A stretch of 64,000 nt of DNA from contig JALAGF010004837.1 in NCBI GenBank assembly GCA_030167865.1, positions 248,001 to 312,000 of the forward strand, written 5' to 3'. Made by a program: the position numbers and the translations under genes. Below are positions 1 through 9,394 of this stretch, one piece after another (within the stretch, counting starts at the first letter, position 1; each line of letters starts with the position of its first letter). Origin of the DNA: Craspedostauros australis (lineage: Eukaryota). The notes beneath the pieces were generated by a model. The model had not been told where the DNA came from. It made no database searches and worked only from the letters and a program-made list of their open reading frames with translations.

Positions 1-960
1 CATTGAGCCTATGCATATGAGACAAGATAAAGCACTTCGTGAGCCCGTGTGCGCGCTTCCACTGTTGTTTGTCTGTCGAGTCTGGGATTGGAGATGAATC
101 ACGAAGATTTTTCGGACTTATCGACTTGAGGCTGCATTGACATTAATGTGATAACGGTTGCGAAGCTAAACGAAGGAGTGTGACACAATCTGCATAATGG
201 CACTGTTGGTTGAGCAGGATCTGAATCACGATTTGCATGCCACAAGATCGATTCGCACAGACTGGGTTGTCTTGGTTGACGCAGACGCGCACAAAGTCAA
301 CGAGAACACGAACGCGTGACGCGTTTTGTTGGTGTGCTTCAAGGTGAGTGAGTGCTGTCATCTCTTGCTGGTTCGTGTGTCGGTTCTGCTCTCCTCGAGT
401 TCAGCGCCATTTCTCCACACCATCGATCGCGTTGGGAGCAGAGACACTCCCACCAGTGCGCATCAAGTGGCGAAACGAAAGGAGGGGGAGAAGGACGAGG
501 AGAGACGTTGGTTCAGCCCCTTCCCTGCTCCTCTTCCCCTTGTCCCTCTTGGGTGCGCGGTCGTTGAGCTTTGTGGTCTCCCATGGTTGCGGGAGTTTGC
601 CCGATCACAAAGAACTGAAGACCACCACTATCTCTCTCTCTCTCCATCCATCCATCCGTCAACCACTCCACAAGCACACCGCAAGCACGCCACGATCACG
701 GATCACAGCGTCATCCCAAGCAAACAGTTTGGACCCACCGACAGGGCACTGACGACAACAAGCAGCACCAACGACTAAGAGGGCCAAAGAACATTCCCAT
801 CACCAAAAACATCCCTGGAAAGCGAAGTCTGGTTGGTCCCAAAAGAAACAGAACGGAGAGTGCAGAATAGAGCAGCAACGACAGCAACGACAGCAACGGC
901 AGAAGGGGCACGAGCCACGATTTACCAGCAACGAGTCATTCCCACAAATAAACACGAAGG

Positions 961-1981
961 ATGACGATGAGACTGAAGATGAGAGGCTATTCAACGAACT
1001 TCATGCTTCCCACCCTCGCGGAGGAGACGGATCTCAAGATGCCAGGGAAGACCCCCGCGCCGCAGAAGGAGGACCGGAGGAGAGTCCAGTTCAACATGGA
1101 GCCCACGGTGCACCCCGTCGAGCATCTCAACGATATCTCCGACAGACAGATCCAGGCGGTGTGGATATCGTTCGACGAAATGGCGGCCATCAAACAGAGC
1201 TACGCGAACATCGTCAAGATCATGATGAGGTTGAGAGAGCAGTTCGTTGAAGACCTTGGCAAAGGAATATGCGCAAGAGGGTTAGGTACGTGCGAGATCT
1301 GCTTCACCTCTCTTGCGTCAATCGTGTCGCTCGTGTCGCCCATTCCGTTGGTGCCGTTGGTGTTGCTCGTGGTGCTCCTACCCTGCGTGCAACGTCACCT
1401 GTCCCTTCCTTGGCATCTATTGGTGGTCCGCCTTCTGCTGCTGTTGCGACATCGAAAAGAGAACACGATGTGCCATGCGTGTGGCTGACTCGCAATCATG
1501 CGCCATATCTTCGTCCATGCACATCTCACCAACACACGTGTATGAACTTGTATCGTATGGCGTCGCATCGCACTCGTTCCCACGCTGACCACTCTATTCC
1601 TGCTCTTGCACCTCTCGCTACCGACCGCCTGCTTTCACTTCAATCGCTCGATCACTCAACCACCCCCCGTTCGCAGAATTCCGCACACGAGAAGCTTCGA
1701 AACGACGCAAACGCAACAAAACAGCAGCGATACATGCTGTCCTCGACGAGCAGGAGATCCAGGACGAGGATGGCATTCATGATCCAGTGTTCATCGCAGA
1801 AGTGTATCGGGCTGTCACGGCACCTGTTCGGCAAGCAGCGAGACAACGCGGGCTCAAGGATGAGCTTGACATGATCTCATCCCTGCCCAAGCCACTGCGA
1901 GAAGAGAAACTGAAGGTGCTGTGCAGAAGCACCAGCCTGGATGTTCCCAGCTATCCCAAGCGCCGCACCAGTTTGGAGTAG
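961..1981 (+). CDS. Diatom-type hypothetical protein (CxRGLE...AVLDEQ family), 2 exons 961-1285 and 1677-1981
   Basis: Splicing G|gtacg (1286) to cgcag|AA (1676) gives RRVQF..V..H..W..CARGLEFRTREASKRRKRNKTAAIHAVLDEQ..IAEVY..A..RG..DE, a motif set typical of an expanded diatom family of unknown function. The start could also be ATG 1003. Confidence 0.7.
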
Positions 1982-2855
1982 CGTAGGTGTTCTTTCAAAT
2001 GTCCGTGCCATCACACCTGCACCACATGGTACCATTTTCTTTCTGCAATCTTCCATCTTCCGTCTGCATCCACAAGCACACAAACATATTATATTATTCT
2101 ACCTATTATACATTCAATCAATCGACCCAATCAGACAACCAATCAACCTAACCAACACACATACAGACGCAAACTCAAACGAAGGCGTAATCGCTACATC
2201 ACATCATCTTCCTGCATCCCAACACGATGGTCTTTGGAGGAACATCTCGTGTACAATACACGATTGAACCAAGTGGGGATCACATCACCAGCACAGTCTT
2301 TCCTGTTGGCTTCCCTGACATCAGTGAGCGGATCCGGAGCCCAAACAAATCGATACAAAACTGCAACGAACCATCAGGAGGTCTGTATTTCTATTACATT
2401 TCCCTCTTCCCACAAGTATTGTTGAGTTTCAGGACAAGGCACACTCGACCAGCAAGGATCGAAGGCAAATGTCTTACTCTATGTATTCTACAGTGACTAG
2501 TTCCTTCTCAACTGCATTTCCATCAGTGTACCATACCATGCAGTACGACCTATGCCCGTAGTAGATGTGTACCATACTATTGCATTTAGAAGGTAACGCT
2601 GTGATGTTGCGCGAGCAATGGCTACACATAACGGTGCAGTAGTAGAGGCCGCGAAGGTCACGAGCACTCGTACCCAGCAAGGCACGGGAATTCCGTTGAA
2701 ACTGACACTCGATCGCACTTGACCAAGACGACCACTCTAGAAACGCAATCACGATTCGACTACAGCGACCAATATGCACAACCAGCAGAATGATATATAA
2801 CGTCTATAACCGCAATTATTTTAAAATCCGAACACCCGGCCAATGGCAAATAAAC

Positions 2856-3065
2856 GTTGAAACTATCACTGATCTGTTGAAACTAATGACGAAACGTTGA
2901 AACTAATGAAGAACCGTTGAAACTAATGAAGAAACGTTGAAACTAATGAAGAAACGTTGAAACTANNNNNGAAACGTTGAAACTAATGAAGAAACGTTGA
3001 AACTATCGGCGAGGTGTTGAAACTATCGGCGAGGTGTTGAAACTAATAGAGAGCCGTTGAGAGCA
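2856..3065 (+). repeat. Array 1: GTTGAAACTA + 10 variable nt, 20-bp period, 10 copies plus 1 degenerate
   Basis: Motif starts at 2856, 2876 ... 3036, with degenerate GTTGAGAGCA at 3056. Linkers: TCACTGATCT, ATGACGAAAC, ATGAAGAACC, ATGAAGAAAC (repeated), TCGGCGAGGT x2, ATAGAGAGCC. Contains a 5-N gap. Confidence 0.95.
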
Positions 3066-3066
3066 G

Positions 3067-3369
3067 TCACGATTCATTCGCGAAGCCTTGTGACACTCCA
3101 GATGAAAAATGACACACATAATTTGATCGAGGCGATGTCATCACACAACAGGGCAACGGCGGAAAAGCCACCTTTTTTTGCCATTCGCTGTTTTCGCTCC
3201 CACTGTCGCAAATGAGCCGCTCTGACAGCGCCCCCTTGCCCATGCACCAAGCTTTCCATGGCGGTTCCGTTGACATGCTTGGATCTGGAATTGGGTTGAT
3301 GGTTGTTGCAATGCCGTACATGGTATTTGACGATCCTTGCAGAGTTTTGTTTTGTTTCCCCATTGTCAT
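3067..3369 (-). CDS. Possible ~100 aa ORF inside the TIR element, unknown function
   Basis: ATG at 3369 in a CAACAACATG context like other genes in the window; open to the stop at 3067, next to array 1. No recognisable domain. Confidence 0.2.
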   Translation of the reverse strand: MTMGKQNKTLQGSSNTMYGIATTINPIPDPSMSTEPPWKAWCMGKGALSERLICDSGSENSEWQKKVAFPPLPCCVMTSPRSNYVCHFSSGVSQGFANES

Positions 3370-3523
3370 GTTGTTGTGTTGGGTGTCTTGGTGACAGTCT
3401 TTTCTTGGTGTCAGGATGCGGACGAAAGCCGAAACCAGTGATGTCACTTGCCACGGATTGGCCCCGCAACCAACCGATGCTCTCAGGATCATCCAAACAC
3501 GAGTCAATCACTACTGTGCAACT

Positions 3524-3733
3524 GTTGAAACTATTGCTGACTTGTTGAAACTAATCAAGAACCGTTGAAACTAACACCGACTTGTTGAAACTAATCAAGA
3601 ACCNNNNNNNNNNNNNNNNNNNNNNNNNNNNNNNNNNNNNNNNNTTGAAACTAACGCCGACTTGTTGAAACTAATCAAGAACCGTTGAAACTAACCCCGA
3701 CTTGTTGAAACTAATAGAGAATCGTTGAAACTA
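3524..3733 (+). repeat. Array 2: GTTGAAACTA + 10 variable nt, 20-bp period with 40-bp higher-order alternation
   Basis: Motif at 3524, 3544, 3564, 3584, [N gap 3604-3644], 3644, 3664, 3684, 3704, 3724. Linkers alternate ATCAAGAACC and ACNCCGACTT. Same orientation as array 1. Confidence 0.95.
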
Positions 3734-4327
3734 GTTGGTCGCTAAATAATCGCCATAACGTATATTTAACGTTTATATGACACCTTCATTGTTGTTCGTG
3801 TGGCCGAATCGGCACGAGCATGTGTCCGGTGACGCACGATTGCATCCGGGACTGCTGGTTTATCTCTGAGTACCAGTTTCAACGAAATTCCCGTGCCTTG
3901 CAGGTAGAGCGTTCTCCTCTATTCTAACTACACCAAACTCTACTAGTCTGCCGAGTACTACTGATCAGTAAAATCCAGTTTTCTGTTTCCAGGGACTTGA
4001 ATCGCCCAATTGACAACGATAAAAACGCTTGCTCAACGCAAAGGACACAATTCCGCAGCCTCGCTGACCCAAACAAACACAATCATGATCACTAAGCTGA
4101 GGCACTCAAGTCTCTCTGTTGTTGATCTCTGCCCTGCGCTGCTCATCCTTCCGTCGCCCCCCTCTTCGGTTGCTTGGACACTCGATTCATCGTGCGATAC
4201 CATCATTGAGTGAGAACGAATCTCAACAGCAAGCTCTCTCAAGGACCCATCATCATCACACCGAGTCTTGCGACGCATCGATTTCACCAAAGACCGCCGT
4301 GAGCATCCAACCAAGGCAGAGGCCAAG

Positions 4328-6037
4328 ATGCGACGACAGAGCGCAACTGGAGGAGGGGCGAAGTCCGGCGCAGGCAGAACACATCAGTCATCCTCGCTCA
4401 TCAGGTGTTCACCCATCGCAGTGTTCGGAACCGGGCTCATTCTGGTTCAGATCGCCATCTTCCATGTGGGGATCCGCTTTTCAAATCAGCCTGTTGTTGG
4501 CAATGGCGCAAATGGTGCAAGTCCCTTCCTTCCTCAGCAAAAGGACTCCGCCAACCAAAACAGTCGTCGCACTGAAATGGACGCTTCATCAATCACGGGC
4601 GGAGATAGAGTGAACAAGGAACAGAGAAATCCGAGACCGCCCCTCAACTTTGCGGACGCCGATGCCGAGTTCCTCGGCTTTCCGCTGAAGTACACCGAGC
4701 GCGAGCGTGCATTCTCGACATCCCATTGCATCGGCGAGAACTACCAGAACGAAAAGGCATGGATGCAGCGATCCTGCAAGTTCTCATTCTTCTGCTTCGA
4801 TGTAACGCGGAGGGACTTTGTCATCTTCCAACCTCCCAAGGATGAGACGATCTACGAAAAGCTGGTGGACAGGCCCTTCATGGATGTCTCGCAGTCGTAC
4901 ATGAAGCGAGCGCACAATCAAACCAACACCATGTCGATCGGTGGCATCAACCAGAAATGGACGTGGAAGGAGAGCGGCATACCTCGTCTGGAATGGTCGC
5001 CGCGCATCCAGACCACGCCGCTTGATGAGATGACATCATTCTACGAACTGCCATCCAGCGTCGTGATGGCGCCCTTCCACAGCCTCAACGGGGCCAATCC
5101 GGGACACTTGGTGTGGGATGACTTCCTCCCGATCTACACGCTGCTGACGATGTTCCAGCTCGACAAAGGAAGCCATTTGCTGATGATGCGTTACGTGTTG
5201 TCGGGGGAACGAGGGCTGTGGGCATCCTGCGATTGGAGGGATGACAAGAGGGAGGCTTGCAAAGCCATGCAGAACAAGTTCCTGCCGCTCATGGTGGGAA
5301 CGGAATACGAGCACACGCTGGCATCGACAGCCGATGCCGCCGTCAAGATGAAGAACGGCAATGGCGAGCAGCCGAAGTCATCCCTCGTCTGCTCGCGTCA
5401 TGCCGTTGTCGGCATAGGCGGTCTTACCGATCACGGCACGGACAAATCGCACGGCTGGGATGAGAGGGATTACGCCACGACGCACAATCATGGCCGAGGT
5501 GGCATGCTGTACGACTTTCGCAACTTCATGCTGACGAACATCGGAGTCGATCCGCACACCAAGCTCGCCGCACCATTCCGCATCGTGTTCTCTGAAAAGT
5601 CATCCGACATTCCCAACCGCAGCGTCGACTTTCGCCAGCAAATCGAGCTGCTCAGAAACGCCTTCAATCCCAACTTCGTTTCTGTCGAATCCTACATCTT
5701 CAAGGATCTCACGTTGAAGGAGCAGATGGAGATTGCCAGTCAGACATCCATCTTCATCACGGGCTGCGGAGGAGGCTCGGTCACGGCCATGTTCCTGCCC
5801 AAGCAAGCCAGCGTGCTGATCTACTACAAGGAGACCGGTGGCGTGGTCAACAACAAGTACACGAATCTCCCAGCGCGGCTGGATTGGGATTTGTACAACA
5901 ACCTTGCCTACCTTCGCGTGCATTGGTTCCCGCGCAACACGATGGATTCGCAGGTGGATTCCGACGCGCTGCTGCTGCTCGTGAAGCATGAGCTGGATGG
6001 TATCTTGCGCGAGAACAGCTACGACTACTGGTTCTAA
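4328..6037 (+). CDS. Type II membrane glycosyltransferase, GT61-like
   Basis: N-terminal TM (IAVFGTGLILVQIAIFHVGI), NPGHLVWDDFLPIY motif, C-terminal EQMEIASQTSIFITGCGGG motif typical of GT61/DUF563; single long ORF. Confidence 0.7.
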   Translation: MRRQSATGGGAKSGAGRTHQSSSLIRCSPIAVFGTGLILVQIAIFHVGIRFSNQPVVGNGANGASPFLPQQKDSANQNSRRTEMDASSITGGDRVNKEQRNPRPPLNFADADAEFLGFPLKYTERERAFSTSHCIGENYQNEKAWMQRSCKFSFFCFDVTRRDFVIFQPPKDETIYEKLVDRPFMDVSQSYMKRAHNQTNTMSIGGINQKWTWKESGIPRLEWSPRIQTTPLDEMTSFYELPSSVVMAPFHSLNGANPGHLVWDDFLPIYTLLTMFQLDKGSHLLMMRYVLSGERGLWASCDWRDDKREACKAMQNKFLPLMVGTEYEHTLASTADAAVKMKNGNGEQPKSSLVCSRHAVVGIGGLTDHGTDKSHGWDERDYATTHNHGRGGMLYDFRNFMLTNIGVDPHTKLAAPFRIVFSEKSSDIPNRSVDFRQQIELLRNAFNPNFVSVESYIFKDLTLKEQMEIASQTSIFITGCGGGSVTAMFLPKQASVLIYYKETGGVVNNKYTNLPARLDWDLYNNLAYLRVHWFPRNTMDSQVDSDALLLLVKHELDGILRENSYDYWF

Positions 6038-7999
6038 ACATCAAGAGCGGGGATGAAGGAAGAAAGAGAGCGAGCGAGAGAGGCCGCTGTTCGCCGATGT
6101 CCGTTGTCGGCGACTTGTCATTTCGACAGAGGGAATAGCGACGCATCCATCCAAGCACCGAATTGGATCTGTACCGTGCCATGACGGTGTGGAGGTGATT
6201 GGGACTTACTCGTACGATGCCACAGCTTGGAGAATGTGAGCAAGAATCACACCGAATCCTCAAGTTGACGCACTTTCAGAGAGCTCATCGTGACCCACCG
6301 CAAGTAGTGGTAGCTGAACGCCCACAATGTGAATTGGCCGATGGTAGTTGTCTGATCTGAGCGCGGGGAAGCAAAGCGAGGATGCTCTCCAAGTCAACCA
6401 TCCGTCGACTAATGGGTGCGCCGTCACCTCATGCGCATGTGTCAACCTCCATACTGTGCGAGGGCCAACCATTTCGGCTTCTGCCACGGTCGATCGTTGA
6501 ATGCAAACACGAGAGTCCGTTTTGGGAACAACATGTACGTACTCGTACGGTACGCGGAGTCAAACATCAACGTTCAGCGACAACATGGACATGCCGCAAG
6601 AAGAAACAGGGCCGGTTCTGGATGTGGACAAGATGGCATCCATGCTACTCGTAGCAATGCAAGCAAGGGCATTCTCGTGGCTTTGCGGGATCTCACAGAT
6701 CGGACAGAAGCGACGGCAGACATTGTGTCCTTGAAGGAAGGCTCGTAACAATTCTCCCTTGGTTGGGGACTTCAACATGGATGGCGGCATCTCAGCAGCA
6801 TCTTCGGAATGCCCAACCCTCGAAATGGATGCACGATTGATTACCTTGCTGCCGCATCATTCAAGGCGCAACGGCGATGCCTCCCACACCATCCTTTGCG
6901 TACATACGATCACACGGAGCAGACCACGCGACCTACCAGCAAACCTAAACGTACCTAAGGTTGACTACTCTTGCACATAAGTACTTGCATGACACACCAG
7001 TCAAACCAGTAGTAGATCTGCCGGATGTTCTGTCAACCACGCTGCGCTGGACCAATCTCGCGCTGTGACACCCGCCTCCACCATGTTGGTACGGAAGGAA
7101 GAACCGGAAGTTCTGGCGCCAAATTAGCACACCCGGACATTGGCTGCCGAGGTGTGCTTTTCTCATGGCCACTACTATGACGGTGGTACTTCGACACACC
7201 ATTCATCGCTCAAGTGGCCACGATGGCAACTTCCGCCTTTGCCTCGTGAGAGGATGGAACGCTCTCCTCTGTCTGCCCCACTCCAGAGAGTGAGAGCAGA
7301 GCAGAGTCTCTGATTTCGAATGCATCACTCCCCGCTGTGGCGCATCCGCCACCATCAACAACATCAACGACAACATCAACGACAACATCAACATCAGCAA
7401 CAACAAGGCTTGTGCATTGCATACCACAGGTACGAGTGTGATGACGCACTTGTCCGGGGAGATGTCCTTGTTGGTGTGGGTGTTCCTGTGGGGAATCTCG
7501 AAGAAGACTCAGGGGTACAACGGGAGACAGTTGTGGCTGCGAAAGCCGGTGGGCCAGTGATCGTGATGTTGCAACGATGCTTGGCCGTCCTGCTCCGCAG
7601 CCTGTTTCGTTGCGCAGCCGATGTCAAAAGAAACCCTGGCAAGTCCAGTAGCGCACGAATAGAGCAGTGGTTTCATTCGTTTCATATAATTGTATTAGTG
7701 TTGTTGTTATTCCAGCTCAAAAATGTATGCAGAGCTACACATTTGCTGTACCTCTCCAGCTTCCCATGGGAGAGAGCTCCGCGGTCTATCATCGATTGTC
7801 TATCATCACACTCCAATCTCCTGCAACAGGAAGGCACCAAGATTGTGCCACGTGCTAAGTTTGAATAGATCACTCGGACACGCCAATGAGCGCTGCTGGT
7901 GCTGCCCAGGCCAACGCGAGGACTCGCGTTGTGAGTGTTCGGCGGTTGCGTTGGTATGGTCTGTGTGTGTACTTGTGTGTTGTGGGGGATGCAGGGTGC

Positions 8000-9394
8000 T
8001 TAGGCAGCAGAAGCGCGGAAGTTGTTGGACTTTCTGCTCTTGCGCTGCTGGCGTTGCAGGTTGGCAGCCATGAGCTGCTGGATCTGCAGCATGCGGGCCT
8101 GCTGTTGCTTGTGAGCTTGGATCTCGCGCATCTGCTGGCGCAAGGCAACTGGATCGAAGTTGGCGTTGGCTGCGGACACTGGAGCCGCCACGGCGGCGGC
8201 AGACAGGTTGGCCATGGCGCTGCCCATGAGGAATGGTCGAACGGCGTTGGCGTTGTTGGCGACGCAGTTGGTGTTCTGGATGATGCGGTTGATGTCCGCG
8301 TTCTTCTCCGTGAGGATGTTGAGCAGCTGGCTTTGGATGTTCTGCTGCGATGGCAGGGAGGCTCCCTGGTTGGCAGCAAGCGAGTTCTGCTGCTGCTGCT
8401 TTTGCTGCTGCAACTGGGACTGCTTGAGCTGCTCCAGCTGCTGCTGCTGCTTCATGAAGAGCAGCTGGCGTTCCACCAGCATGCGAGTCTGGCGGTCCAT
8501 GCCCTGTCCTGCGAGGTAGAGCTGCATGATGTCCATGGAACCGCCGGTGGAGAGCTTCTGCTCGAGCATCTTCTGTTCCTGGAAGAGCGGGTTGATGGCA
8601 GGCGCGGTTGCTGGGATGTTGTACTTGTTGGCGTTGGCGTTGTTGTTCGCGTTGTTGCTGCTGATGCTGGCGTTGTTGACGGTCTCGCTGTCGGATGGAA
8701 CGTTCTTTGCGACGTTGGCGGTTCCAGCAGTGTTGGCGTTCATGAGTGCCGATGCTGGAGAGACGGTCGGAGTGGACATGGCCATCTTGGTGCGCTGGTT
8801 CTTGCAGAACATCTGCGCAGCCAGCTGCGGCTTGTCGCGGAGGAAGAACTCGTGGTAGTAGGCGCCAAGTTCTGGCCCGCTGGAGACGCGTTGGAAGTCC
8901 CTGTTGGTGAAGAGAGTCAAAGCGCGATCATCGTTGTTGCATGGAGGTTCGAATGTGGTTGAAGGTGTGAGCTAAACAATAGGCATTGCAGAAGATGCAG
9001 GTGCAAGTAGTGCAGAAGCACGAATATGTCGCAAAGAGAAACGAAAGTTTCGCAAGCGGAGAGCACAAACGGTCCCCACCAGCAAGAAAAGAGAACGATG
9101 CGCTTGGACTCACCATCGGTTGAGCTTGCGGGTGAAGCTGCTGTACTTGGACTTGCGGGAGAAGTACTTGGGCATGACCTTCTCGGCGAAGGACTTGCGG
9201 TTGCGGATGATGAAGGCGCGGCCGTGCGGCAACCAGCAGATGGCATCGGTGTTGCTCTCGTCCGAAAGGATGTTCATGAGGCGTTGCGGGAAGATGGCCT
9301 GGCAGTCATCCTCATACTCTTCCATGTTGCTGCTTCCGCTCATGTCTTCGTTCTTGCTGTTGTTGGAGCTGCTGCTGTTCATCTTGGTGCTCAT
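8000..9394 (-). CDS. HSF: Heat shock transcription factor (HSF DNA-binding domain), exons 9394-9114 and 8900-8000
   Basis: FPQRLMNIL..AICWLPHGRAFII..KYSSFTRKLNRW|DFQRV..YYHEFFLRDKPQL, joined across a TG|gtgagt...aacag|G intron; Gln/Asn-rich C-terminus. Confidence 0.92.

Larger units (their letters stand above)
2678..3900. mobile_element. Non-autonomous TIR DNA element (~1.22 kb) with internal 20-bp-period arrays
   Basis: Left end CAAGGCACGGGAATTCCGTTGAAACTGACACTC (2678-2710) matches the reverse complement of 3868-3900 (CAAGGCACGGGAATTTCGTTGAAACTGGTACTC) at 30/33. CAG lies directly on both sides (2675-2677, 3901-3903). No transposase is recognisable inside. Confidence 0.8.

Noticed and set aside
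2856-3733. CRISPR array (GTTGAAAC resembles CRISPR repeat ends; repeat-spacer look)
   Set aside because: The repeat is only 10 nt, spacers are 10 nt and recurrent, no cas genes are present, the context is eukaryotic, and the motif is part of the TIRs.
2676-3902. Alternative element boundaries (GCAAGG...CCTTGC, or AGG...CCT with AGCA/TGCA flanks)
   Set aside because: These give no exact target duplication, whereas CAAGG...CCTTG gives an exact CAG. Other copies are needed to settle it.
7886-8962. 358-aa Leu/Val-rich plus-strand ORF
   Set aside because: Reverse complement of the Gln/Asn-rich HSF exon.
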